Part shown: piece by piece, positions 1 through 13,460 of the stretch
Numbering within the stretch: the first letter of the stretch is position 1
Layout of the letters: every line of letters starts with the position of its first letter
Made by a program: the position numbers and the translations under genes
The notes under the pieces: model-generated
Database searches by the model: none
Seen by the model: the letters and a program-made list of their open reading frames with translations, nothing else
What the model was told of the DNA's origin: nothing
NCBI GenBank assembly: GCA_951406725.2
Contig: OX597830.1
Location: 21,638,001 to 21,702,000 of the forward strand
Direction: 5' to 3'
DNA: 64,000 nucleotides
Source: Octopus vulgaris
Lineage: Eukaryota

Positions 1-191
1 ATAGGATTATGCTCAAGGTGGCTTCGTCATTCATACGTGCCATCCTTCCTATATTCACCCATCTTTTTTTGAAACATTTGCTAGACAACACTTGCATCTC
101 TACTCTCACTTCTCTTTTCAAGTGATACTTGAAGAAGTTGATGAGAGATTGACCAGAGAGGAAAGTGTTTGTCTCTAATCCTTTCAGACGC
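1..191 (-). mobile_element. Tx1/L1-clade-like LINE ORF2 C-terminal fragment (continues off window)
   Basis: Clearly homologous to 6506-6692 (ataggattatgctcaag...ttcaagtgatacttgaagaagttga..agagattgaccagagaggaaagtgtttgtctcta); second copy of the same family. Clade call is inference from the peptide style. Confidence 0.6.
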
Positions 192-265
192 TTTCACACG
201 GCACGGAGCCAGTTAATCCACTATAAAGCTCTTGTGTTTTTGTCCGTCACAACATATAAATGAGA

Positions 266-372
266 AAGGAAGGGGTGATTGATTAATAAGGAAGGGGTGA
301 TTGATGAATAAGGACGGAAGTGGTGATTGATGAATAAGGAAGGAAGGAGTGATTGATGGATAATGAAGGAAG
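266..372. repeat. ~22-25 bp minisatellite (aaggaaggggtgattgatgaat)x~5
   Basis: Direct reading of degenerate tandem units. Confidence 0.85.
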
Positions 373-648
373 TGGGGATGGTGAAAAAATCAAACAGCGT
401 TTCAACTCTGCGTGAGTATATGTGTGTGTATGTAAAAGTGAGTCATGTGATTATGTGTGTGTGCGTGTGCGTGCATGCGCACACAATGGAAGTGGGATGG
501 TGAGCATTCAATGCTGAAAAGAAAAATCAAACAGCGTTTCAACTCTGTGTGAGTATATGTCTGTATGTGTGTGCGAGTACAAAGGAAGTATGTGAATGTT
601 TGTATCTGATTATTATGTACCTTATTTATAAATAAAATACTACAGTTA

Positions 649-681
649 GCCGTCATTTTTGACGGCACGGGGCTAGCTAGT
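649..681 (+). mobile_element. Probable Helitron 3' terminus
   Basis: Hairpin gccgtca-tttt-tgacggc, then acgggg-ctag-CTAG|T: the canonical GC hairpin about 10 nt upstream of CTRR followed by T. Confidence 0.55.
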
Positions 682-898
682 TATACTATAATCTATAATC
701 TATACGCTAAGGCCAAACCTGTGACGCTGTCATGTGGTTAGTTGAAGGAAGAAGCGATAAAGAGACAGAAGAACGTTATCAATGAGAGAAAGAAGAAATG
801 GATTGCTGTTACGTTTTGTGGTTAAATAGTTGGAAGAGGTAGAGAGAAAGAGAAAGACAAGGTGTTTAGCGCAGGATGTGTGGCATGGTTGAAAGGAG

Positions 899-969
<71 letters not shown>

Positions 970-1169
970 GTGAGAGAGGAAGAAAGTATGTGGTGGGTAT
1001 TTACTGAGATTGTACCTTCAATACTACCCATGTAGACTTTTGTACCATCTGAAGAATTAAATGCGTCATAAAATACAGTTTCGTCTTAGAATTTTCAAAA
1101 TGGCCGTGGAATTTCCACGAGTACAGCGAATGTATTAATAATGTACTTTACTGTTATATATTAATCTCT

Positions 1170-1378
1170 CTTATCTTTTATGCGTTTCAGTCATTGGACT
1201 GCGGTCATGCTGTGGAACCGCCTTAAAGCGTTTAATCAAACAAATCGCCCACGCTACTTATTTTTAAAAGTTTGGCATTTATTCTGTCGCTCTGTATTGC
1301 CGAACCGTTAAGTTATAAGGACGTAATTAAGCCAACACTGCCGGTCAAGCGATTAGGACGGAACAAACACACACACGC
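1170..1378 (-). mobile_element. SINE family S2, diverged 3' part
   Basis: tttcagtcattggactgcggtcatgctg...gccgaaccgttaagtta matches the S2 3' half seen at 7118-7515. Confidence 0.75.
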
Positions 1379-1784
1379 GCACACACAGAGGAATTTCTTA
1401 GTCACCACATATTTGTGTATATCTAAAGATAAACGTTAAAAATGTTACACTAATGATGCTACAGTCTTTTCCATTGCTTCAAGTATTGTGTTTCATACAA
1501 TCATTGTCAAGGACTTTTACAGATTTCATATCACCATACTTAATATATTTGTGCAAGGTTTATATTTGTTAAATGATCGTTTGAGTGACGTTTATGAGTT
1601 TACGTTATTTTATGGATGTCCATGAATGTCATAAAGTTTGAAATAATTTCACTTGGAGGTTTTTCAATTCACGATATTACAAATGTGTGACCTGATAGTA
1701 TTTACTTTCAGTAACTTTTATTTATCTATTCATTTATTATTTTTTTATTTTATTTATTTTTTTTTCATTTACTCCATTTTAATA

Positions 1785-1950
1785 TCCAGGTCAACTCTGA
1801 TCGAACTGTGATGAAATGCGTTCCAGCTAGTATAATCACTCAGAGTTTATTTTCAGATGTAGTCCCACCTCGGACTACATTATCAGATCATACCCTAACA
1901 TCTTTGAAGGGAATTTGTCTGTTGTTTCTAGCAGGTCGAGTTACCACCTT
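1785..1950. repeat. Interspersed repeat family R5 (other copies ~5515-5735, ~31035-31090, ~31275-31445, ~38415-38465, inverted at 63070-63830)
   Basis: Shared motifs caggtcaactctgatcga and gatttgg(c/t)tg.t.tttctagcaggtcgag. Confidence 0.6.
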
Positions 1951-2154
1951 GTTGAGGCTGAAGGATTTGAGATTAATAAATATGGCTTCCGATATTTTTT
2001 TGTGAACGCAGTCTTTCCTTTCATGTAGAATGCTGTTGCTGCTGTCTTCTTCCTCCTCCTCCTCCTCCTCCTCCTCATTCTTCTTCTTCTTCTTCTTCTT
2101 CTTCTTCTTCTTCTTCTTCTTCTTCTTCTTCTTCTCCTTCTTCTTCTTCCAATC

Positions 2155-2602
2155 AGGACTCACGCCATTAGCCACAAAGAATAATCTCTAATTCGAGCCT
2201 ACTCTAAGCTACTAAGGATGCCTGTGGCAACATGAAGATCTACTCACCACACGCGAGACTGGCGGTTGCACGGGCGCGAAAGCTACGTTGTTATCCTCAT
2301 TCCATAAATGGTAGGTTTTAACGGGTGGAGAGCTGAACCATCCTGGGGTACAGACTAGGGTCTGAAAGTTTACCACACCATAGAGGGTTACACCATGCTT
2401 CCTCTGATTTGTGGCAGAAGTAGAAAGAAAGAGTGAGAGAAAGTTGTGGTGAAAGAGTACAGCGGGGTTTACCACCCCGCCCCGCCGGAGCCTCGTGGAG
2501 CTTAGGTGTTTTTGCTCAATAAGCACTCACAATGCCCGGTCTGGGAATCGAGACTGCTTCCTTACGACCGCAAATCCGCTGCCCTAACCACTGGGCCATT
2601 GC
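2155..2602 (-). mobile_element. tRNA-derived SINE family S4 (other copies 34085-34243, 60195-60262)
   Basis: Minus-strand head gcaatggcccagtggttagggcagcgga...ggt(t/c)tcgattcccaga carries A- and B-box-like motifs and is repeated three times in the window. Confidence 0.75.
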
Positions 2603-2867
2603 TGCAATGATAACGAAACAACAGCTTTAACAAAAGGATAAGCAAAACAAAATCACCTCCACCTCCACCAACACGACGACCACCACCACCACTACCACCA
2701 CCACCACCACCACCACCACCACAACAACAACAACAACAACAACATCGTTTACCATAACAACGTCTATCTAAACGACAACATTCAGAGGTGACATTTAATT
2801 AAAAATGCCTGCTGGATTGTTACTATGGTGATGAGGATGCTACAAGCGTTTTGTTAGATCGCTGTGA

Positions 2868-3013
2868 TGTAAGATTATGATGACATAAGGACATAACTAC
2901 TATATTAGGATATGGTATTGTAAGGACACCGATGTAGGGAGATAGCAACGTAAGGACATAGCAACGTAAAGATATAATAATGTAAGGATATAGTAATGTA
3001 AGGATATAGTAAT
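2868..3013. repeat. Degenerate 16-bp minisatellite (gtaaggatatagtaat)
   Basis: Direct reading. Confidence 0.75.
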
Positions 3014-3157
3014 CTTTTCTACTCTAGGCACAAGGCCCGAAATTTTGGAGGAGGGCCCAGTCGATTAGATCGACCCCAGTACGTAACTGGCATTTAATTT
3101 ATCGACCCCGAAAGGATGAAAAGCAAAGTCGACCTCGGCGGAATTTGAACTCAGAAC
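3013..3157 (-). mobile_element. SINE family S1, 5'-truncated, tail type B
   Basis: Reverse complement of gttctgagttcaaattccgccgaggtcgactttg...gggccttgtgcctagagtagaaaag. Confidence 0.85.
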
Positions 3158-4366
3158 TCTCTCGCTCAATGTTGGTCATGCATCTGCATTACACCTAACA
3201 AAATGCCTAGTCATGACTTTCCCATCGATGCAAACTTGTTCTTTGTATGCTACCGATGTTTATCCAGGAGGATGCTCATTTGAATTAATTTTTATAACAG
3301 ACTAAACTATCACATATTGTTCGAATTTAATGGTCACTAAAGTCAACTAAGTATTTAGTTTAGTCGATTTTTAACAGACTAAACTGTTACAAATGGCTGA
3401 CTAGAAATTGTTATCGCACTACAAATGGTTTTCTCTGTCAGCGATTCAATTTTAAGAGTCGATTCTACGACTTACTAAAATGGCTGGCTTTTGAAACTTC
3501 AATGGCTTCCAAAGCTTCTGAGGCTTAGACTTTATGCCGGATTCAGTATGAAATCTAAGTCAGATTTCCTGCCAGCTTTGTTTTGTACTCACCTGGTTTG
3601 TACGTACGAAGTGTTACGTTGAATAAATGTCAACTGACCTGATATAATTTCACCGATCGAGATCAGATCGAGACTACACCGGATCAACTGAGATCACGTC
3701 AGATTAGATCGGTGTTCGTGTCTCGATAGAAGTGAGAAGTCGCTTTGCTTCTACAACCTAAAATGCCAGGAGTTGGCGGAGCCAAACTTACGTCATTTTT
3801 GGAATATCACAAAACTTCTCGATTAAAGATACAATACAATCCAATAATATTTACTTTAAAGTCTTCCGTTCTTTCAATTTGCGTTAATAAAAAATAAATA
3901 AATGTTATTGTGATTATGTAACAATAGAATACTTTCTTTTCTCTTCTCAACATGTCGGAATATTAAAATGGCGATTTATAGCATTCATATAATTTTTTTT
4001 TGGAAGTGTATTAGATAATACTTACATCTATACGGATATATAATGGCATATGTGGGCACAGGACGTCAGGAAACGTGTACAACAAAAAAATACGAAGAAC
4101 GAGTACATGGAACATGAACTATTCTTTCGAACAATGAAAGACACAAATGGAAAAGAAAACAAACATAAAGAACGACTCTTCATCAGTTGTTGGCTGTTTT
4201 TCGAGTCTCGTATTTTGAGCATTTAACAACATACACATGTATACATATATCCATATATATACACATATATATACATATACATATACATACACACACACAT
4301 ATATATACATGTATACATACGTACATATATATATATATACACACACACACACATATATACATATAC

Positions 4367-4453
<87 letters not shown>

Positions 4454-5023
4454 CAGATGTTTATAAGCTTACAAAAGGTGACCGAACTGTTTTGGACTAT
4501 TTGTACTACTCATCAGTGGTGAACACCCGACCACTGTGTGTGTGTGTGCGCGCCTCTGTGTGTGTGTGCATATAGATATACATGTGCATATGCACGTGTA
4601 ATTGTAATATACATATTCATATGTATATTATACGTGGACAGAAGCCCGCATATGGAAATGTTACTTACGAGAAAATATTGCCGTATCCTGAACCATAATT
4701 CCCATCGACTTCGAGATAACATAGAGATCGAAACAGGTTTCAGATAACGCATTTCCACATAATGGTAGGATTTTCTGGAACGCAACGCTGCCGTAACGCG
4801 AGGGATGTACCTTTGAGTTGCGTATTTGCATGTGTATATATCCGTTCTGAATCACATGGGCTACTGTCCCCAGCTATGGTTATCACCACATTCGAAAGAA
4901 CTGCGAAGCTCGAGGCAAGTCAACGCCGCTACTCCAAGAGGATTGCTACTGGGATACGGTAAAGGAAATATAGCCCTATTCCCCAGAGGGAAGACGTGCA
5001 AAATATTCATGTACATATATATA

Positions 5024-5115
<92 letters not shown>

Positions 5116-6196
5116 TGTACGAGGCCTGATCAATAAGTATCTGGATTGTTGCCATAGTAACGAAGCTAAAGCATGCAGAGTGAAGCCAACTCTACGTTCT
5201 GAGTTCAAATTCCGTCATGACTGAATTTGCTTTTCATCCTTTCGGGGTCGTTAAAATAAGTGCCACTTGAGTTATGGACTATATGGAACAGTCGTGGCAA
5301 ACTACGGACCGCGGGACTTTCTGAACGGCACACCGAACGAAAAATTACTTTGAAACTTTTTAGTAGTGCAGCCCGCCGGATGATGAGCCGTGTTTCATGC
5401 AGTCCGCTTCTCGAAAAAGGTCGCCCATGCTCCGTGTATGTATATGTTGTTGTAATTGCTGTCGTCGTCGTCGCTGTCGTTGTCATTGTTCTTGTATTTG
5501 TTGTTGTTGCTCATTTCTAGGTTCGACTCTGATTCGACAGACTTATTAATAAAGCCATCCCAATTATGACTATCTTGTCTTTTCTTGGAGGATACAGGGC
5601 ATTACGTATCTAGGAGTACATTATGTAACGTGTCTTTCCCTTTTTCAGAATAGTAAGATGCAACTCGAGGCAGTTTTCGCATCCATTTCTTGCCGCTCGA
5701 TCAGTTACGGAGAGGGTCTTTCGATGGCTCGCTTTAGTGAGCTTTAGCTATTGTTGTTGTTTTTGTTGTTGTTGTTGTTGTTCTTCTTCTTCTTCTTCTT
5801 CTTCTTCTTCTTCTTCTTCTTCTTCTTCTTCTTCTTCTTCTTCTTCACTTCTACTCCTCCTCCACTTCTACTCCTCCTCCACTTCTCCTCCTCCTCCTCC
5901 TCATTTCTTATTCTTTTTCTTCTCTTTCTTGCTTTGTTATTCTTTAGCTCCATGTCAACCCCGAACGATTAGAACTGTAACCAAAGAACATATCAGCCAC
6001 GACCACCCTGATTTTATTGTATATCATGCATTACATTGATAAATACACTTCCCGCCCTTACCTCATTTTCCAAGACGTTAGGGCTTGAGTTCAGTGACTC
6101 TTCTTGCTCTTTCTGACAGATAAAGCGACCGCATACAGTTTCCCATACTGGTTCGTATGGGTTTATATGTTTGTTGTCTAAAATAAAGTAGATAGG

Positions 6197-6692
6197 TTTC
6201 TTTATTGGCCACACAGGGAGGGCTGAACAAAGAAGGGACAAAATACAAAGTAGAGCTTTTCGTTTTTGAAAGAAGAGAAGGAAAAAAAAGTGGGTCGAAT
6301 TCCGATCAAACAAAATCGATCGATAGGGATCGATAGGGATCGTGTATCACAGAAATGTCAATGTAAAAAGGGAAAACAGATTAGGTTTGTCCATGGATAC
6401 AAAATCCTACGGAAAAGACCACGGGAACCTTGGGCAATAGTGTCATGCAAAAAGAAAACACATTACAGTAAGTGGGTCTCTCCCCCCCTTTTGTGGGGGG
6501 GGTCATAGGATTATGCTCAAGCTGGTTCCGTCATTCACACGTGCCATCTTTGCTACATTCACCCATGTTTTTTTGAAACATTCACTAGACAAAACTTCCC
6601 TCTCTACTCTCATCTTCCTCTTCAAGTGATACTTGAAGAAGTTGACGAGAGATTGACCAGAGAGGAAAGTGTTTGTCTCTAGATCTTTCAGA
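6197..6692 (-). mobile_element. Tx1/L1-clade-like LINE 3' end: ORF2 C-terminus (6503-6692) plus ~300-nt 3' UTR
   Basis: Peptide LKDLETNTFLSGQSLVNFFKYHLKRKMRVEREVLSSECFKKTWVNVAKMARVN resembles Tx1-type ORF2 ends; the UTR ends ...ttcagccctccctgtgtggccaataaagaaa; second copy at 1-191. Confidence 0.6.
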
Positions 6693-6746
6693 CACATCCT
6701 GGGTGGCCAGTTTGTATAAGAAGAGATGTTGTATATATTTTAACAT

Positions 6747-7890
6747 ACAAGAACCCCGGTATCGAAAAGTTCCAGGACTACTTATGTTAAATAATAATAA
6801 TAATAATAATAATAAAAGTACTTATTTACCTAAGTTTTAGCATCATCTCCTCAAAAATAGTCATCTTGCGCAGCAATACACCGAACCAGCGTGGGGAATT
6901 CCGCAGGTGCTAAATCTGGTGAATAGGGTGGGTGCAGAAGCGATACCATGTTGTCTTTGGCGAGAAATCACGAGCGATGACAGCTCAGCGAAGAATCCAT
7001 CTCTTCGCGCTCCACAAATCCTGTTTGTTTTGCCTTCAAAACGTTGCAGTAGGACCCTCGATCGGCAGTCAGGCTCTGGGGGACGAATTCTCGATGTACA
7101 ATACCACGGATATTCGCTTTTTACTCTTTTACTTGTTTCAGTCATTTGACTGTGGCCATGCTGGAGCACCGCCTTTAATCGAGCAACTCGACCTCAGGAC
7201 TTATTCTTTGTAAGCCGAGTACTTATTCTATCGGTCACTTTTGCCGAACCGCTAAGTTACGGGGACGTAAACACGCCAGCATCGGTTGTCAAGCGATGTT
7301 AGATGGACAAACACAGACACACAAACATATACACACACACATACACATACATATACATATATACGACGGGCTTCTTTCAGTTTCCATCTACCAAATCCAC
7401 TCACAAGGTTTAGGTCGGCCTGAGGCTATAGTAGAAAACACTTGCTCAAGGTGCCACGCAGTGGGAGTGAACCTGAAACCATGTAGTTCGTAAGCAAGCT
7501 ACTTACCGCACAGCCGTGAGCTGCGGCTCTGTCGTGCTTCTTCAGTCGTGGAGATGAAGGGCTCTTCCATTGTAACGACTGTTGCCTCGTTTCAGGGTCC
7601 TACCCGTAGACCCAACTCACTTCACTGGTGATGACTTCCCAAGTTTAACGCAAAATTTCACGTTGACTCTTTGTTCCAACTTCCTGTCCATGACAAAATT
7701 CGCAGACTACAGCGTACACGTGATCACAAAAACATAAATTTCGTAACTTCCGAAGTAAACACAGTGACGTTACGCGGTACACTGCCTCATGAAGATCACT
7801 GCTCACTCCCATTGCGCACGCAACCGTGTGCTGCCATCTCTTGGCGCACTACAGAACTAGTCCGAGAACTTTTTGGTGCCACCTCGTGTA
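6747..7890 (-). mobile_element. Internally deleted mariner (Tc1/mariner) transposon, interrupted by a SINE
   Basis: Minus-strand relics MDRKLEQRVNVKFCVKLGKS, ..SWVYG*DPETRQQSLQWKSPSSPRLKK, HPPYSPDLAP and C-terminal RCIAAQ-DY; imperfect TIRs (aaaagttccaggacta / tagtccgagaacttttt) with TA ends. Confidence 0.88.
7118..7515 (-). mobile_element. tRNA-derived SINE family S2, near full length
   Basis: Head ggctgtgcggtaagtagcttgcttacgaactacatggtttcaggttca; central gccttgtgagtggatttggtaga.ggaaactgaaagaagcccgtcg; tail gactgaaacaagtaaaagagtaaaa. Confidence 0.9.
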
Positions 7891-8061
7891 TGTTTAAAAT
7901 TCTATTTGCAAATAATTTGCAGGCATGGCTGTGTAGTTAAGCAGCTTGCTTTGCGACCCCCATGGATTCAGGTTTAGTCCCACTGCTCAGCATGAATAAA
8001 TGTCATATACTATAGCCTCAAGCCGACCAATTCCAGGCGAGTGAATATCGTGTGTGTGCGA

Positions 8062-8127
<66 letters not shown>

Positions 8128-9109
8128 GAGTGTGGGGTGTTTGTGTATGCGATTAGGCTTAACCTATTGTCTTGGTTTTACTCCCTATTGAAATAGGCTG
8201 CTGCGGCTACTCAACTAAATCGGTGCGCTTTTTTTTCCTCAAGAAAATTGCTTTGGAACGCAAGCAACTGAAGGCAGCCGCTAAGGATATAGGCATGACA
8301 GCTGAAACCAGCTCATGGTGGTTGTAGTTGATGAAATACCACAAATGGAGCCCTTCTGCGGACAAAAATTTATTTAATCTTCATTGCCCAAATCAAACGA
8401 AGCGTGAATGCTAAATGGCAAAACGCTTGTGACCCTGAGATACTAATAATACAGAAGGGTTTCTAATATTTCGATGGATTCAGAAAAGTTTGCAATACTC
8501 GTGAGTGACATCCTGGGACAAGGCATCTCCTGGGACGGTTTCTCGAAGAGAAACTAATAACAATTCGAAACTAGTTCAGTTGTTCTCGGGTTTCTCCTTA
8601 ATCCAGCGGTGAGTTACGCGTCTATCTTATTCGCTGATGGCAGTAAATACATTTTCAAGTTCCTGCACGTTTATCAGTAGTGTTTTTTTTGTTTTTTGTT
8701 GTTTTGTTTTTTTCCACTGAATGGATAGATTTCTCTTATTTTGAATCGGGTGAATGCGTTTTGTTTCCATGATGTTTATAGAGTCGCTGACCGGACGCTT
8801 ATAAATTTCTGAATTGAAACCATCCAGGATGTTTTTGATTAGTAACTACGCCTTATATATACCTACACATGCACATACATATATTCGTATGTATGCATGT
8901 ACACACACACTTACACATACACACACACACACACACACATATATATTGTATATTATATAAATATATAATATACAATATATATATGTAATATACAATATAT
9001 ATATAATAATATATATACGCATAAATTCACACTTACACTCGCATATATACATAAATATGTATGTACATATATATGTATGTATGTATGTATAAACAGACGC
9101 TTAAACATA

Positions 9110-9165
<56 letters not shown>

Positions 9166-9303
9166 CATACATACATACATATAGAAATAGCCAGAAAGTA
9201 AATATAAAAAAGACGTTTTGTTACATACTTTAGTAAATTCTAATTATTTTAGATAATGCAGAGAGCTTTTTCCTACTTTTTCATTTCTAATTATATCCAC
9301 ACA

Positions 9304-9371
<68 letters not shown>

Positions 9372-9642
9372 CACACAGTACACACTCACGCACACACATA
9401 TACTTACATAAATTACATTTATACACTGGACACATGAAAACATCTATATGCTTATATATACATATATGTGTGTGTGCGCGCGCGTGTATGTGTATGTATA
9501 AGTATGCGTGTACGTATATGTATATATACGTATATATACGTGTGTGTATGTATAAGTATGTGTGTACGTATATGTGTATATATATATAATATATACATAT
9601 ATAAATATATATTTATATATATATATACATATATATATATAC

Positions 9643-9732
<90 letters not shown>

Positions 9733-10071
9733 TATATATGTATGTAGCCATATTTACTTACATACACACACATACATATATATACATTACAAACAGAATA
9801 CGTACATATGTGTATGTATTACGTTAGATTTCTAGTGAAATTTTCGCTTTTTTTAATCCTATTTTCACGCTTTTTTCCTTTTTTTTTTTTCGTCTTTTTT
9901 CTTCTTCATTCATTCATTCATTTTTCCCTTTCTTCATTCTTGCATCTGACCTGTTATTACAGGGAAACATTATCCCGAAATTATTTAAATTTTGGCTTTT
10001 TATGTTTTATTTTTAACCAAACTTGGCATTTATGTATTTCCCTGGCTATCAAGTTTTTAATCTCTGACTTG

Positions 10072-10118
<47 letters not shown>

Positions 10119-10497
10119 CATTCTTTATTTATTTATTTCTCTCTTTCTCTCTCTCTCTTTCTCTCTCTCCCTCTCTCTCTCTCTTCCTCTTCCCCTGTCT
10201 CTGTCTGTCTGTCTGTCCCTCTCTCTTTTCCTTCTCTCTCTTGCCCCTCTCTTTTCCTCTCTCTCTTTCTCTCTCTCTCTCTCTTTCTCTCTTTTTCTGT
10301 GTGTGTGTACACAGAGACCGAGAGAAAAAGTGAGTGGCACAGAAGCCGGTATGTGTGTGTGTATGTGTGTGTATGTGTGTGTGTGTGTCTGTTTATGCGT
10401 GTATGTATGTATTATCGTAAGTATACATCTGTATTTATGCACACACACACACACACGTTATATATATAGCATGTATATAAATACGGGTGTGCGTATC

Positions 10498-10528
<31 letters not shown>

Positions 10529-11447
10529 CTCGCTCATTCTGTATCTTGCGGACCCTATGAGCACACATATGTGTGTATGTATGCATGCATGTGTGTGTAT
10601 GTATGTATGTGTGAATGCATGTATGTGTGTGTATGTATGAATATATGTATGTTTGTGTGTATGTATGCATGTATGTATAAATGTATGTGTATGTGTATGT
10701 ATGCATGTATGTGTATGTGTGTATGCATGTATGTATGCATGTATGTATGTATGCATGTATGTATGTATGTGTGTATGTATGTATGCATGTATGTATGTAT
10801 GTATGTATGTATGTGTATATGTAACTATGTATGTATGTATGTATGCATGTATGTGTATGTGTGTATGTATGCATATATGTATGTTTGTGTGTATGTATGT
10901 ATGCATGTATGTATGTATGTATGTATGTATGTGTATATGTAACTATGTATGTATGTATGTATGTATGTATGTATGTATGTATGTATGTATGTATGTATGT
11001 ATGGATTTATGTGTGTATGTAAGTATGCATCTATGTATGTACGTGTGTGTGTATGTCTGTGTGTGTGTGTGTGTGCGTGCATAAGTTGAACTAGCAGTCG
11101 TTAGAGTATTGGACACAACGCCTTGCACTATTTGTTCCTTCCCTCTGTGTTCTGAGTTCAAATTCCACCGAGGACGACTTCACCATTCATAATTTCACGG
11201 TAGAGAAATAAAGTAACATGCCATTACTTAACTCAATTTCCCACCTGTTTTTCTCCGTAATTCTATAACTGTCATTTAAAGATACGGTTTTATTCTTTAG
11301 AAACTTGGTAATTCCGATTCCTTTATCTTTTAATGGTTTCAGTCACTGGACAGCGGCTATGCTGGGGCAGAACTTTCAAGAGATATAATCGAAGAAATTG
11401 AGCGCAGCGCTTACATATTTTTTATAACGATTATCATTATTATAATG

Positions 11448-11500
<53 letters not shown>

Positions 11501-11561
11501 CACCATCATCATCATCATCATTATTAATATTATTATTTTTATTATTGTTATTGTTATTGTT

Positions 11562-11594
<33 letters not shown>

Positions 11595-11622
11595 ATAATC
11601 ATTGTTATTATTATTAAATCTT

Positions 11623-12034
11623 AAGGTAGCGAGCTTAGGTAGCGATTCGTTAAGCACGCCGGACGAAATGCTTTGTGGTATTTCGTCCGCCCCTGCGTTC
11701 TGAGTTCAAATTCCCGCCGAGGTCTACTTTGCCTTTCATCCTTTCGGGGGTCAATAAATTAAGCACCAGCTATGCACTGGGGTCGATGTAATCGACTTAA
11801 TCCGTTCGTCTGTCCGTGTTTGTCCCCTCTGTGTTTAGCCCCTTGTGGGTAGTAAAGAAATAGGTATTTCGTCTGCCGCTACGTTCTGAGTTCAAATTCC
11901 GCCAAGGTCGACTTTGCCTTTCATCCTTTTGAGGTTGATAAATTAAGTACCAGTTACGTACTGGGGTTGATGTAGATGTAAACGACTTAATCCCTTCCCC
12001 CAAATTTTGAGGCCTTGTGCTTCCAGCAGAAAGG

Positions 12035-12036
<2 letters not shown>
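11623..12036 (+). mobile_element. SINE S1 head-to-tail dimer (tail A unit 11623-11862, then tail B unit from 11863)
   Basis: tRNA-like head with B-box gagttcaaattcc; central gcctttcatcctttcggggtcgataaattaagtaccag (resembles Meta/CORE-type SINE domains, inference); junction aaagaaata|ggtatttcgtctg. Confidence 0.9.
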
Positions 12037-12115
<79 letters not shown>

Positions 12116-12118
<3 letters not shown>

Positions 12119-12630
12119 TAGTTTTATTTGTATAGCGTGCTTTCACTTCACTACCGAGCGCAGCTCTGTGTGCCTTGGGTATGTGCTGTGATTTGTTGTG
12201 ATGCTCTGATGGTTATTGTATGGAAAGTGTTCTGCGTAGGATGTGTGCAGTGCGTAGTAGTGCAATTTTCTGTATGTTATATGTGTTTGTAAGTCCTGTT
12301 GTTTTTGTTATGTATTTGTCTGAATATTTTTTTATCATGCCTAATGCACCTACTATGATAGGAATTGTTTCTGTTTTTAGATTCCACATTCTGGTTACCT
12401 CTATTTCCAGGTCTTTGTATTTTGAAAGTTTCTCCATTTCTTTTAGAGACATCTTGTCATCTGCTGGTATTGATACATCAATTAGAAAGCATTTTTTTTC
12501 TTCATGATCTCTGACAACTATATCTGGCCTTAATTTCTCTCTCTGTGTGTATCGGCATATCCCAGAGTATGGTTGCTTTCTCGTTTTCTGTGACCTTTTC
12601 GGGTGTGTGCCTATACCATCTTTTTTTTTA
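12116..12630 (-). mobile_element. Dong/R4-clade non-LTR retrotransposon, 5'-truncated (restriction-like endonuclease domain plus 3' UTR)
   Basis: KRWYRHTPEKVTENEKATILWDMPIHTERE, frameshift, RPDIVVRDHEEKKCFLIDVSIP...EKLSKYKDLEIEVTRMWNLKTETIPIIVGALG (PD..D RLE motif); flanked on both sides by (TAA)n, the known Dong target. Confidence 0.9.
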
Positions 12631-12643
12631 TCATTATTATTAC

Positions 12644-12703
<60 letters not shown>

Positions 12704-13429
12704 ATCTGTCAGTTGGGAGAATCATTAGCGCATCGAACAAAATCCTTAGTGGAATTTATTCCAGTTTTACGTTCTAAGTTTAAATGTCGCTGATATATAT
12801 ATATATATATATATATATACACGATGGGCTTCTTTCAATTTCTCTCTACCAAATCCACCAGAGGGCCTTAGTCAGCCCGAATCTATAGTAGAAGACACTT
12901 GCCGAAGTTTCCAGGCAGTGGGAATGAACCCGCAACTATGTGGTTGCGAAGTAAGGTTCTTACCACACAGCCACGTCTTGGACACGTTCATTTCTTGAGT
13001 AGAAAATTCACTTGTTTAAATACTCGTCGTCACTTCTGACGGAAGAGCCACGCAGTTGTTCGCATTGAGTTTTATCACATCTATCGCTTGCAAACCTGTA
13101 ACATGGTGTTTGTTCGCTGTGATATTAATACCTAGCTCTCAAGTGAATGTCACGTGATATAGCCCTCCGCCATGTATTTCATTTCCAAAATACAAGAATG
13201 AAATGTCATTATAACTATCGTAACACAATCTTAATTTTATTTTCATTTATTTTTATTGTTTAGTTTTACGTAAATGCCCGACCGCTTACAAATACTCAAC
13301 CGACTCAGCCGAAATATTCGTAACTAAGCAAGTGATCTTGTGGACGCGTTCACTTCGGTTCTAGGTTCCGAAAGCAATGACTCCAGGATAGTTTAATATT
13401 CTTGATTATTGCGCGTGCGTGTGTCCTAA

Positions 13430-13459
<30 letters not shown>

Positions 13460-13460
<1 letters not shown>

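Noticed and set aside
4110-4220. CUGAUGA-containing hammerhead candidate (also ~13036, ~18642, ~19857, ~41745, ~44892)
   Set aside because: Core word present but stems I-III could not be closed convincingly.
7603-7620. tacccgtagaccc, reminiscent of the miR-100/miR-10 5' end
   Set aside because: It is the antisense of mariner WVYG.DPET codons; no precursor hairpin.
7829-7848. CTCF-like gctgccatctcttggcgc
   Set aside because: Two core mismatches and lies inside the mariner subterminal region; not evidence of a host site.
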